From positions 67,325,361 through 67,373,598 of the forward strand of contig NC_068988.1 of the NCBI RefSeq assembly GCF_001194135.2: a stretch of 48,238 nucleotides of DNA, in the 5' to 3' direction. The notes below the pieces were generated by a model, which was not told where the DNA came from, ran no database searches, and saw only the letters and a program-made list of their open reading frames with translations. This DNA comes from Octopus bimaculoides (Eukaryota). This document shows, in pieces, positions 12,393 to 25,291 of the stretch; position 1 is the stretch's first letter; the number at the start of each line of letters is the position of its first letter. The translations under genes were made by a program, and so were the position numbers.

Positions 12393-12877
12393 TACATGCA
12401 TGCATACATGCATACACACACGTACAAAATTATTTATATTAACATAATTTTTACTACATTTCCCGTTTTTCAAACTAACAACAAATTAACTTCCATCCAG
12501 CATATATGAAAATACACATACTCATCCACATATACCCATACGCTTACATGCATATATGTATATATTATGCACTAATATGTATCTGTGTGTGTTTCAGTGT
12601 AGGTGTATGCGTGAGTTTGTGTTTACTGTGCTGAGATAGGCGTGCGTGAGCGAGATATTTTTTCCACGTATTACACAAATTTAATGCGCATTTCTAACTA
12701 AACGTTGCTAAGGAGAATCTAACGAAATGGAAAGAAAGTGTTTATCTTTCGATAATTCATTAATTATTTATGATACAATTTATGATATTCGAATTTCTAA
12801 CTCTTCATTTCACAAATAAAAATATAACTCTATGACGCTTTCTTTAACAATAAGCAATTATTTAATATATTTCCCCT

Positions 12878-12931
<54 letters not shown>

Positions 12932-12960
12932 CACTGCTGCTGCTGCTGGTGCTGCTGCTG

Positions 12961-13030
<70 letters not shown>

Positions 13031-13063
13031 CAACAACAGCAACAACAACAATAATAATAATAA
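12878..13063. repeat. Compound trinucleotide microsatellite (TAC)n(TGC)n(TAC)n(AAT)n(AAC)n
   Basis: Direct read; source of the poly-Leu/Ile/Val pseudo-ORFs. Confidence 0.95.
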
Positions 13064-13626
13064 CTGCCCTGATGCAGTACGAGACTGGCTTTCGTGGCTT
13101 CTCATCTCAACTGCTAGGAAGTGTTATCACGTACATTGTTTTGTCATGGTATAAAAGATGGGCTACCACAAATATTCTGATGAACACCACATATTTCCTT
13201 CTCAGTTGCTTGACCATAACCAGTTGTGCAGGGCCTTTAGTGGCTGACGATATGTGCATCTCTGATCATGAGCAGAAGCAGTCGGTGGGTGGGGGTCATC
13301 ATATCCATGTGTTAAGAGGAATTGTTTGGGATTTGGATAATTCACCTCTGGAAACATGGATGTTTTGTTCAACATTCTTAAACAACCTTTATTCAGAGAA
13401 CTTTTGAGAGGGATGGGCGACTCGACCTGAAGAAAATTCTAAATGGTCCCCACCTGCAAGATCATGCGCTGGTAATCTTGATATGAGATCACTTTGTCAC
13501 GAACATTTGGTTGTGTTAATGCATGTGCCTGGTGTACCCCTATTAGACGGGTAGTTATGATGTGTATACTGCACTCGTATATTTTACCCCAGTGTCACTT
13601 TGACGGCATGCATTGCTCTCACACTC
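13064..13626 (+). mobile_element. ~560-bp non-autonomous R4/Dong-associated element, copy 1
   Basis: Runs CTGCCCTGATGCAGTAC to GCATTGCTCTCACACTC(AAT)n; colinear with 13754-14297; its 3' half matches the 3' ends of Dong ORF-bearing copies at 16022-16149 and 42466-42735. Confidence 0.85.
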
Positions 13627-13632
13627 AATAAC

Positions 13633-13693
<61 letters not shown>
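13627..13693. repeat. (AAT)n microsatellite
   Basis: Direct read; lies between the two short elements. Confidence 0.95.
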
Positions 13694-13696
<3 letters not shown>

Positions 13697-13753
13697 GAAA
13701 ATAGCACTACTAGGCACCGTACACATCCTACGTAAAACACTTTCATTACAGTA

Positions 13754-14297
13754 GATGCAGTACCAGTGGCTTTAATGGCTTCTGCTCTTAACTTATTGGA
13801 AATGTTATCATGCACATTGTTTTGTCTTGGTATAAAATATAGGCTACAACGAATATTGTCCTCAGTACTACAGATTTGCTTGTAAGTTGCTTTACCTTCA
13901 CCGGTTGAGCATATTTCTAAGTGGTTGACGATATGTACATCTCTGATCACGGTAGAATCAGTCGAGGAGTATCGCAACCGTGTATTGAGAGGAATCCTTT
14001 GGAGTTTCGATAATTCACCTCTGGAAACATGGGTATTTCGTTTTACACCCTTAAATAACCCTTATTCGGGGACCTTTTGAGCAGGTTGGGCTACGCCACC
14101 TGAAGACAATTCTGACTTGGCCCCACCTGCGAGGTCATGCGCTGTTTATCTTGATATGTGTTCACCATGTCGCACACTTATGGTTGTGATGCATGTGCGT
14201 GGTGCACCCTTATCAGACGCGTATTCATGTTGAGTATACAGGGTTTCGTATATTTTACCTCAATGTCACTGTGATAGCATGCACTGCTCTCTCACAC
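13754..14297 (+). mobile_element. ~545-bp non-autonomous R4/Dong-associated element, copy 2
   Basis: GATGCAGTACCAGTGGC to GCACTGCTCTCTCACAC followed by AAT/AAC repeats; full-length alignment to copy 1. Confidence 0.85.
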
Positions 14298-15000
14298 AAT
14301 AATAACAACAACAACAACAACAACATCAATAATAATAATAATAATAATAATACGGAAGGCGCCGCGCTGAATAACAACATGGATGTGCTACAGCGGGTTC
14401 TCCATTATTTAAAAACAACTCTAATTTAATAACATGGGTGGAATGGGAGTCATTAACCTGTGCATGACTTGAAGGAAGCCGCCTTTTAACGAAAGCAATC
14501 CACAAAATATTGCTGCCATACAAAGCACAGTTTTTCCCATGCACGATATCTCAGTGACACGTGTGTGAAAGACACATGCGAAATCAACATCGGTAAGTTT
14601 ACAAATTGTAAAATATAAATGAAACAAAACAGTAAGTACCTAAATTGATTAATTATGCATACAGTCGAATGTCTACACAATCATATATACATTTCAATAT
14701 CCATAGGACTACACATACATCCCAATGTTTACACAGCTGCGTGAAATTACAGGACACACATACACGTATGTGATAGCACGTGTCACAAACGAAGCAACAA
14801 AATGAAACAATTTTTTTTCGAACTAACAGACAGAAAGAACAACTCATAAGTTTAAAAACATCACAAAAAAAAACTATGCCCGGAGGTAAATCTATCAACA
14901 AAAGCAATACAGACGAATGCAGATTTGTTAGCTTTAAGTAACTACGTTACGAGCAATGTGATTGTAGGAAGCATGCAGATTAAAAGTAAATAATAATAGT

Positions 15001-16149
15001 GGCCTGTGCAATACCAGTCTTCTGGCAGTCAAGCGCGACTCCTTCGCCAAACCAAGAGAAATGCGGGGAAATGCGAGTATCTGACACATTCAAATAACCA
15101 GTGCTCCAGGTAGGCTAAACTCGTTGCCCTTGGATGGCAAGTACCCTAGGAGAAAGAAAACTCTGAGTTTAAAACCAGGGTAGCAAAGCCCCTGCCGCTC
15201 TGGCGGACTACCTTGATAGAGATGGTGTCTCAATAAAAATACCGGTTGGTAGTAATCTAACAACACACCTTATTTTTTGAGCGAAAATGGTAAGCAAATT
15301 AAATGACGATAACGGTATGAACGGGACTGGAACCAATGGTGAAGGTGTCGTACTCGGCAAGTGCCCCACTCTGCAACAGGGTGGGCCCGGTCGTAACCCA
15401 GCAACTGCTATCCATGCTACAAAACATAAGTGGAGTATACAAGTAAATATGATGGTATGGAGTGTTACTATCGGAGCACCCCAGTGGAAGCAAATGGCAT
15501 GCCTGTGCGAAGGTACGGAACACGAATGTACAGTGAATGGAAGGCAGTTGAACTGTTTGAAATTACTGAACAGAGATTATATGACCAAGCAAGAGCAATA
15601 CGAAACAATGGATGGTTAACAGAATTGGAGCTAGAAGATATTAAAAGAAGGATATCGGCTGATGCCGGGCATGCGAGAAACGTAAGTGGTATAGTGGAAG
15701 AGATAGACATTTGTTCGCAAGAATATATTACCGTGAATTATGGAAGAGGTGAGATCAGTGACTAGTCAAACAATAAAATCGTTTAATAATAGACAGAATT
15801 TTGGATCTATTAAATACAGAATCGACAGAGTCTATGTGAAACTTCAAGAAGGCTACCCTATTGAGACTAAATCAAGAGACGAGTAAAATCAATAGTGTAT
15901 TGGTACACATTGAAACAAAGAACGTCAAGCAAACAAATAGTAGGGTTGTTGCGGAAAGGATGAGATTGAGAACTACTGAGAATAGAACAGCGACGGATAG
16001 AAAAGAAAATAAACAACCGTGGTGCACACATATGTTTGTGATGCATGTGCCTGGTGTACCCTTATCAGACGAGTAGTCATGATGGGTATAATGGGTTTCG
16101 TATATTTTACCCCAGTGTCACTTTGATGGCATGCACTGATCTCTCACTC
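15001..16149 (+). mobile_element. Internally deleted R4/Dong element retaining both termini
   Basis: 5' UTR, then ATG at 15287, then KHKW..QVNMMV/MECYYRS..RMYSEW..ITEQRLYDQARAIRNNGWLTELELEDI (Dong N-terminal domain). After KENKQPW at ~16020 it jumps to the shared 3' end ...CACTGATCTCTCACTC(AAT)n. Confidence 0.85.
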
Positions 16150-16190
<41 letters not shown>

Positions 16191-16736
16191 AGATATTATT
16201 AACAAGTCCGTAATTTTTTTTTAAATTTGACTTCATCAAACGCAAATGTAGAATTATACAGTAACAGTATCACCTCCGGATGATTTTCTGCTTGCTGCCA
16301 AATGATAATTGCACATTTCATTTCCAATTTCTGTACTTTCTTTTGATATGATACATCTAATTTTCTTTTGTGTCATTTATTAGTCAAATAGTTCCATCTC
16401 AATAAATAAATTTTGAATAACACAAAGCACTAGAATTTATGGAGAAATCGGATATTATGTTGATTTATCATTTTATCGTTTTTATGAACACTCAGTAATT
16501 ATGAAACTATACTGGAATCAATGTAATTTGATTAAACTTATAATATTTGGGCAACCTTTATATTTCTTTCAAATTAGATATAAACAGTGATGTTAAAACC
16601 ATTATTCCGCTTTGTATAATGACTATGTTGCAGAAAATAAGAATACTGAAAACCCCATTTTCATCGAAAATATATTAGAATTGGAATGTTTAAATATTTT
16701 GTAGACAGTGTAAATCTTAAAATTGCTTACTATTAA

Positions 16737-16779
16737 AATTAATGTCTAGTATGTAGAATTTACATACTAGACATTAATT
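16737..16779. repeat. Perfect 19-bp inverted repeat with 5-nt loop
   Basis: AATTAATGTCTAGTATGTA-GAATT-TACATACTAGACATTAATT. Confidence 0.95.
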
Positions 16780-17851
16780 ACTAAATAGCTTCCTTTATTA
16801 TATATAGTACAGATAATATATTGTTTACAAAATACAGAGTGTAATGTAAATGTGTCAAGCGAGTGGGATAAAGAAGACTGTGATAAAAAAATATTGTGAA
16901 ATATAAACGAAACAAATTTAGATCATCACAGTAAATATAACAAATATTTAGTCTCTGTCTTACATGTAAAATAATTACTTAACAGAACAGATTTCGAACA
17001 AGATTAATGAACAAATAAAGATTTAGAACTAACGTGAAAATACATTTCAATTGGAAACGGACGCTATTTAATATGACTGCAAGGTTGAAGAGCAACAAAA
17101 CACGACAGGCACGGCGAATTGTGATTATTGTACAAAAGTATATAAAGTGTAATTCAAAAGGAGTGTTATCTCGTGTTATATTTGGAGAAAAAACGGCCGC
17201 CTTTTATTTCTTCCGCCTACAAATAAATCAAAATATAAGATAACGTTGTACCAGTGAACACTAGATTGGATTGTTAGAAACTTACACAACATCATTATAT
17301 CCAACAGAGACTTATACTGTAAAAACGGTATATTTTGTAGAACAACGAAATGAAGAATATAGAAAAACGATCTTGCGTAAATGCAAACTTAAAGAAATTT
17401 AAAATAAACAATGATAAATTCTCACGAAAGAGAAAAATACCACAAGGTGTAATAATAAATTCATATTCGGAATAAAACAAAACTACCGACTTAATATGAC
17501 ATGAATCTACAAGAAACTAAGCATCCGAAAAGACAGCAAAGACGCAGAAACACGAAAAATATCATACGCAAAAGACTTTACAGAAGAAAGAAACTAATGC
17601 AACAAGGACATTACATGCAATAAATGGGCAAACAAACTAAAACTCTCCGTTTAGCATGTTGTCCGACTTGCTACTGATTTTGCTTTATCCCTACCTAAAT
17701 AATCGTTTCCAATTACACTGAAGCAAGAGCTTTATTTTATCGGCCCCGAAAGAGTGAAATGTATAATTGACCTCAGTAGAATATCAACTCAGGTATTATA
17801 ATGATGATGATGTTGATAATGATGATAGCGAAGATGGTGGGAAAGATGATG

Positions 17852-17883
<32 letters not shown>

Positions 17884-18085
17884 ATTGCTTGTTGTGGTGG
17901 TGCTTTTATGAGACATCAGTTGACTCACTAACTAGGAGGATGTAAGACGGAAAATATAACAGATAGAGAGGCGCTTAGGTTTTTTAAAATATAAACAAAT
18001 ATAGTATGGTAACAGTAATGTTTTAAACCAAGAATTTCTCCAGCTGGGTGACATCTCTCCAGATTAGTAGATTACATCCTTCTAT

Positions 18086-18535
18086 NNNNNNNNNNNNNNN
18101 NNNNNNNNNNNNNNNNNNNNNNNNNNNNNNNNNNNNNNNNNNNNNNNNNNNNNNNNNNNNNNNNNNNNNNNNNNNNNNNNNNNNNNNNNNNNNNNNNNNN
18201 NNNNNNNNNNNNNNNNNNNNNNNNNNNNNNNNNNNNNNNNNNNNNNNNNNNNNNNNNNNNNNNNNNNNNNNNNNNNNNNNNNNNNNNNNNNNNNNNNNNN
18301 NNNNNNNNNNNNNNNNNNNNNNNNNNNNNNNNNNNNNNNNNNNNNNNNNNNNNNNNNNNNNNNNNNNNNNNNNNNNNNNNNNNNNNNNNNNNNNNNNNNN
18401 NNNNNNNNNNNNNNNNNNNNNNNNNNNNNNNNNNNNNNNNNNNNNNNNNNNNNNNNNNNNNNNNNNNNNNNNNNNNNNNNNNNNNNNNNNNNNNNNNNNN
18501 NNNNNNNNNNNNNNNNNNNNNNNNNNNNNNNNNNN
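18086..18535. other. Assembly gap
   Basis: Run of N. Confidence 0.98.
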
Positions 18536-20804
18536 ATATTCAGGTGTGGCGCAACGCCTTGTATTTGTAGCCAGAGGGATCACTATAGAAACGTCTTTGT
18601 TGTCCTCGGGTAGAGATTCCCTTAGTAGAACTAGAGGCTTTGAAGCATATCTCTCGTCCTTAGAGCTGAGTTGAAGAACACATGTACACTGAACCAAAGT
18701 AACGGTGGGATGTTCAAAACAGAAATAACTTTGAGGCTAAATTTACTCAGATAAGACTGACGTTTGGCTGATCAACAGCAATAACATTCACCGTATCTTT
18801 TGTCTCAAAACAGAATATCTCAATTTCTTACATTTAAACTCTTTCTTAACTTGAAATCAAATAAGCGTGTGGATACGGCATAGATCGTGAGCTCACATCT
18901 AAATATATCCTTATAGTTTGATCTTGTCATCAAATACCAGCTTAACTCTGAACCAACGCAACTATAGGGAAAGGTCTTCCAGACGGACATGAACATCTCT
19001 TATTCCGTGTACCTAGGGCAATAATGTGGTAATTTCTCAGAATTTAGGGTAGAATACAAGGGATTAATGGTTTCTAACTTCTTAGAGGGATGAATGACTC
19101 TGGAGTGTTGTCTTGGATGACTTTATCTCCCCCCGCTCTCTCTCTCTCTCTGTGACTTAGTCATTACATTTCTAGATTATTCTTTTCTTTCCACGTTATA
19201 TGAACTAACCATAAACAATAGACTCGAAGTAGTTAGGGGTTAATTAGCTGAAAGAGGTTATCCACAACCCAGAATGATATTTATTTCTAATTTGACTAAT
19301 TTATAATGTCAGAGAAAAAGGAACTTGACGCTAATACTATAGATTCCAGCGATTACTGAAATGATAAATCTTTGAACCTCACTCGGATATGTTACATAAT
19401 AAATTAACAAGTCGCTTATGTATGGTGGTTATAATGCATTGAGCATGGTGTAATGATTGCTTTATTAGATGAAGGAATGAAGACTGCTGTGTTCTTGTAG
19501 ATTTAGATTACTGATAACGATGATGATGATGACGAGGACGGCGGCGACGATGATGATGATGATACCTTTCTTTCCTGTTAGCGGTTCGTATTAGTACTAT
19601 TGATTATAACCTTGTCAAATTTGGAAAGAAGATCCAGTGACATGTTATTAGCAAGTGAAAGAAACGAGAAATGGGAGATGAAATATGTCAGAAAGTGAAG
19701 CCAAAAGTCTGTAAGCATCGTTAATTGATTTAAAGTTGCTGATAAAATAGAAATAAAAAACAGAACTTTATTCAATTTAATTTCGATTAAAATAACAAAG
19801 GGTTATTTTTCGAAATAATATTGATTTCCCAACAGAAATAAGAATATTTTTTTCAGTCCTTTACATTTACTTTACTTTCTAGGAATTTTCCACGTGTAAA
19901 CAAATTTGAATTATATTTTGGTAACATATGTTTGTGGAATAGTGAGTTAATTGCGTGGCGCTTGCAGTATTTCAGTCTTTACATTGACGATGTGAGGATA
20001 GATTTTACTAGAGCAAATATGTATGGTCTTTCAGTTTGCTTTTCGAATGTTATTAATTGTTTGGATAAGCGTAGACAAAGAAAGAGCTTGTGTCTATTTG
20101 CAGAAGTAATTCCTTCAAAAAAAAAAAAAAAAAATTAAGCCTGGTGTACAGAAAAGTGATTCATCGGACTAAACTAATAAATAGTGGATAGCAGAAGAAA
20201 AAACATACAAAAGCTAGGAGATTATCAACGAGATATGGTTAGGTAAATTTTGTATTTAAAATAACAAATTTGCTTTGGGCAGGAACAGCTGTTAATCGTC
20301 AATGCGTAGTTGCTATTGAGTCAATTGAATTAGTGATAGGTATCGGGTTATCATGGGCAGGCAAACGTGGGTTGGAGCAGCTGGTGGTAAACATGTTTTG
20401 TACCATTGTTATTGTGGTAATTGAATTAGTGATAGATATCATAATATGATAAATAGGCATTAGTCTGTCACAGACGAATTGATAAGTGTGCCCAATAGTA
20501 AAGTAAATTTAGTGGCGTAAAATTACTTGTACTTTCCTAAAATAAAACGAAACATCTGCAATGTATTCGAACACGTACTTCATTAAATGCAAGATGTTGT
20601 CGATTACGTAGAAAATGAAAGAACTTAAACCACTATTCCGATATCTGTAGAGGATCAATACGTAAATTATATAGACAGGTAAAGATATTTAAAAGCAGCA
20701 CGACGCTTTCCTTACTTCTGTATGACCTTTTAACAGACAGTTCAATATTTTCTGACATCTTTAAAATGTAAGAAAGTAAGAAAGGGATAGGGAAAACTAA
20801 TGAT

Positions 20805-20892
20805 AGATAGAGGGATAGACAGACAGGTAGATAGATAGATAGATAGATAGATAGAGAGATAGATAGAGAGATAGATAGATAGATAGATAGAG
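20805..20892. repeat. (GATA)n microsatellite
   Basis: Direct read. Confidence 0.95.
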
Positions 20893-21516
20893 AAAAAGAA
20901 AAGGTATATATGAACAATAATATATGAGTAGGACAATGTATTTCTAACAACTAATGGCCACGAAAAAGGACCATTACGAATATATCAATTATATAGTCTC
21001 CACTTTCAATATTTTGAGTTCAATTTCTATCCGGTTTTTCTTAGCTATACGTGCAATTTAAGTCAATAAAATAAAAAAAATATAATATATTTCTAGTCAA
21101 TTAAAATAATATACACTCACTTAATTTATTTTTATTCTTTTCTGATTTTTCTCTCTTAGAAATCATTGCTTTGATCACAACAAGAATTCGATGTCTGCTT
21201 TTGTGAGAAATATTGAAGTAGAAATACCTCAGATGTCTAAAAGTTCAACTCAATTAATCTCGGTTTTAGTTTTCAGTGCGGCAAAGATTGACATTAATAT
21301 AATTAATATTATGTAAATGCAATGTAATTAGTAAATTAAAGTTTTTGCGTATTATTTATACGCGTTCACAATTTATAATAAAGTTATTTCAAACAGAATA
21401 TTAAACAATGGGAGTTTCAAAGGTTAAATATACACAAGTTACCAAATGTTGAAGTTAGTTAATTTTAAGAAATTTAGCCATTATTTCCTTGAATAGGATC
21501 AATGTATTACAAGAGA

Positions 21517-21625
21517 CTATTATCAAATATTATTATCAGGTAAGATCTATTATCTAATACTATTATCTAATACTATTATCGAATGTTAATGTCAAATGCT
21601 ATTATCAAATACGTTTATCAAATTC
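21517..21625. repeat. Degenerate ~13-bp minisatellite (TATTATC[AT]AATAC)
   Basis: Repeated TATTATCTAATAC / TATTATCAAATAC units. Confidence 0.7.
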
Positions 21626-23340
21626 TAAATTAATTCTGTTGTCTAAGACTTTGATCGAGATGGCAGAAGAGAAATGAAGGACAATTAAAGTTTCTAATTT
21701 CCATGATAGAAACAATTATCGATGTATACTTTTAAACATATGTGGACAGAAAATTACAAGGAGCGAAATAAATATGTTCTAAATCAGAGTTGTATAATAT
21801 CTGTGCAGAGAAGTATTATTACAGAAGTATCTCAAGTATAGAATGAAAGGATCTGAATTTTAAATATAATTATATATACTCTACTAAGAATTTTATGTTC
21901 TCAATGTATTTTGGTAGGTGCCGGTTAAGTAGAAGTTAGATGTGGATTGAGATTGAAAGTGGGCATTGATAAAGATTTATATGGGTTATGTGAAAGAATT
22001 ATCCATTAAAGTGTGGTTGTGCAAGCAAATTCAATCGTCTGCTATTATTGAAATGTATTAGTGTATATCAGGGTGAACTGTTTGAAAAGATTCTTAATTT
22101 TATGACAAACAATGGAATATATTAGGGAACACAAGGGCCAAATAGGGTAACGCAATGTCGTAGAAAAATTCATTAAAGCAATATCAAATAAGAAAACTAA
22201 ACATTGCACGATCCGAACTATATATGACTATAATAATACACACTGATACAGAGAGCTGGATGATTTTGGTATTAAGAGAATGGATAGCACTTAGATGTAT
22301 AGACTTGACATAAGTTCAAAAGGCTTTAGATATCTTCAAAATATGGATGAAAGTGTAATATGTGGATATTTCTATTGAGCTATATCAAAGTTTTTAAAAT
22401 CTTAGAAATCTTTGAATGTTTAATGTGGACAGGAAGGAAAATATACCTAGTGTCTATTAATCGATGGTGTATATATAAAATATTTCCTAATAATTTGTGG
22501 TGACCAAGTGGTATATGACTTTCTTATTTGTGTATGAGTTAGTGAAGAGAACATTTTGAAAGGGGATTGCGGTTCACCGAACATTGATTTCAGAATGTTT
22601 GAGAATGGAAGTTGGAAATGAATGTCAGGAACTTAAAGTAAGGAAAGTATGTATCATAGAGATTTTGTTAGTTTCTATACTTGCTTGATGTACACTATTT
22701 TGGTGCTCGTATTTACGGACTAAAAGCCAGTTATTAGGCCATACACAATTAAATTTAATGGAATCTCAGTTCAGTGCCAGCTGATTAGGTTTAAGATGTT
22801 ATAAGGTAACTCATATTCATGCAATATTTTACTTTTGTTAATACTATATTGCAGAAAAAATGTTTACTTTAAGCGTTCAAGAATATTTTGCAACTGGTAT
22901 TCCTACAGTTTATTCGAATGGGGAAAATCAGTCAGATTGTATTTCTTAAACTATTCCTGTTTCTGTTTCCAGATATATATTGGCGCTTAGCTTTGAATGT
23001 GTAAAACATCCAAGATATAAACAGTATTTTGAGAATTGATATTGCCCTAATATATACAATATTAGTTCACCATACAACAACATATGCGTGTAAACTAAGA
23101 GCAATGTCGAACCATTAACTTTTAACATGGTTATATTTTGAACTCCTTTTCATACATGATATAGCATATCGTTCCCATATTTGTGTATTCATAGCTATAT
23201 AGTTCACTAAAATCATTTTTCTAACAGTCTGGCAAATCAATCATCATTTGCAACGAGTCCACTAAAATCGGGTACTTATAGAAGTACTGCTAGTTTATAC
23301 AAAACTAATATGTCATTTTGATAGCAACATAGTCTTTTGT

Positions 23341-23475
23341 GGTGAAGGCGCATGGATTAGTGGTTAGAATGTCGGGCTCACATTCATGAGGTAGTGAGTT
23401 CAATTCCCGGGAGAAGCAAGACACTTTATTTCATATTGTTCCAGTTCACCCAACTGTAGAACTGACGTGGGATGC
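23341..23475 (+). mobile_element. tRNA-derived SINE, family E, truncated
   Basis: GGTGAAGGCGCATGGATTAGTGGTTAG (A box) ... GAGTTCAATTCCCGG (B box); a related head lies on the minus strand at 33637-33697. Confidence 0.7.
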
Positions 23476-23693
23476 ATTTGGTCCCTGCATTTGGTATGTT
23501 GGCAATTTTCTCGCTTCTCCCTATCTCATCAGCCTGTTAACTTTTAATGCTACTGTGGCTAATTGAGTCTCCTCTGATTCTTATTTCGAGTAAAGCTGCT
23601 GCTTTCTAGTACTCTTGTTTTTAAATTTGCCTGTTGGTATTTTTGTTACCTAGTCACCTATATTATATTTTATTAATATTAATATCTATATTG

Positions 23694-23748
<55 letters not shown>

Positions 23749-24206
23749 TAGTATATACATATATTATTTACCTATCTATTACTTTGCTTTGATATTTCCT
23801 TTTCTCTCTTTATATACTACGATAACAATGTATGAAATCGCTGCAAGCAACTAATTTTAACATGTAATATGTAGATCATTATAGGAGTCACTGACACATT
23901 AAATATAATAGAAAAATCCTCATATGCATGATGACATTTCTGTTAATATCGCTACCGGAGATTATGAAAGCATAAGTGTAAGTACATAAGGAATATTCAA
24001 AACAAACTGCTGCGGTTTTCATATATTCTTCACTTCAATAACCTTTAGTATGCATTACTGCATTTACAACAAAATTACAATGTAGAAATGTAACGGACAT
24101 TTTTTGATACATACAAAACATCCCAGATTAATATATACATACATTTATATATCCGCAAGAATATCTATCTATCTATCTATCTAGCTATCTCTCTCTCTCT
24201 CTCTCT

Positions 24207-24380
24207 NNNNNNNNNNNNNNNNNNNNNNNNNNNNNNNNNNNNNNNNNNNNNNNNNNNNNNNNNNNNNNNNNNNNNNNNNNNNNNNNNNNNNNNNNNNNNN
24301 NNNNNNNNNNNNNNNNNNNNNNNNNNNNNNNNNNNNNNNNNNNNNNNNNNNNNNNNNNNNNNNNNNNNNNNNNNNNNNNN
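24207..24380. other. Assembly gap between (CT)n and (TA)n
   Basis: Run of N. Confidence 0.98.
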
Positions 24381-24435
<55 letters not shown>

Positions 24436-24894
24436 ATGTGTATACATACATAATAGCATTGTAATTATGCATATATATGATGTGCTTTGAATGGCACAAC
24501 AATGTACTATAATAACTGTTCTAATTTAATCATCCATAGTCTGATATAATATTTCGGAATATAGCAAAAAATTCCTTCAGATATCCTTAGGAATTGGTCG
24601 AGTCACTGCTAGAATCGGTTATCCAACGTTTGTTTTTTGTTTCCGGAAGCGTCTCTGCGGTGGTTTCATGAAGCTCCTTCCGGAATTCCTCATGAGAAGT
24701 GTGTAAGGGCGGCCATGTCTCAAGCTCGTGTGTCCTGGCACATCCATAGCGCTGCTTCTAAGTTATGTATTATACGTGCAGTTTCCCTTTTTTTCTTTCT
24801 ATGTTTTTTTATAAATAAATACATGAGCATGTTATCAAAAATGTACCTACACGCATCAAAGTGTAGCTAAATAATATACTGACTACCAAACTCC

Positions 24895-25290
24895 AGCATG
24901 TTATTAATTTGGGGCCCTAGTCTGTCTCTGAGGATAGCTTCCTGAATTCTTAGATTACCCAAATTTCTTTCATTGGCCCCAATTGTGATAGTTATGCTTT
25001 TGTCGGTGTTCCGGCATCTGTCATGTATTCTGAAGGAGGAGGCTTTCGTGTTCAGATGTTCTTTGACGGTCTTGTAATGCGTAACGGTCTTGTGCTACCC
25101 ACATAGAACTTCTTGCATCTGTTACATTGTTTTCTATACACAACATTTACCCGTTGGCATAAGTTTGTGTCACGGATGGGAGAGTTTGCTAGTGTGCATT
25201 GATTGCTGTCCCTTGCTCGTTATATATATACGAATGAGTGGTCAAGCGAAAGAAGGGCACTCAAAAAATTTATAGGAAGTTACAAGCGTG
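24895..25290 (-). mobile_element. Penelope-like element, GIY-YIG endonuclease remnant
   Basis: Minus strand reads NLCQRVNVVYRKQCNRCKKFYVGSTRP-(fs at a duplicated ACAAGACCGT)-TVKEHLNTKASSFRIHDRC...NLRIQEAILRDRLGPQINN: VVY/CxxC/YVG/EH/H/E/IN pattern of PLE GIY-YIG. Confidence 0.85.
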
Positions 25291-25291
25291 A

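Noticed and set aside
12830-13407. 191-aa and 91-aa poly-Leu/Val/Ile ORFs resembling membrane proteins
   Set aside because: They are translations of trinucleotide microsatellites plus the non-coding short element.
17290-17640. Possible RTE-type RT C-terminal relic (LYPTETY..ILRK)
   Set aside because: Too degraded; no diagnostic motif survives.
18536-18697. Minus-strand open frame SKDERYASKPLVLLRESLPEDNKDVSIVIPLATNTRRCATPE as an exon
   Set aside because: It runs into a gap, so no donor is visible, and I recognise no homology.
21497-21539. Plus-strand 43-nt exon with a CAG|GTAAGA donor
   Set aside because: It lies within a degenerate minisatellite, so a chance match is likely.
21900-22600. 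Possible ancient Penelope RT relic
   Set aside because: Only vague compositional similarity; no motif could be read.
24540-24582. Hammerhead-like CTGAA-GGAAT..ATTCC-GAAA on the minus strand
   Set aside because: G8/A9 are missing and stem I does not pair.
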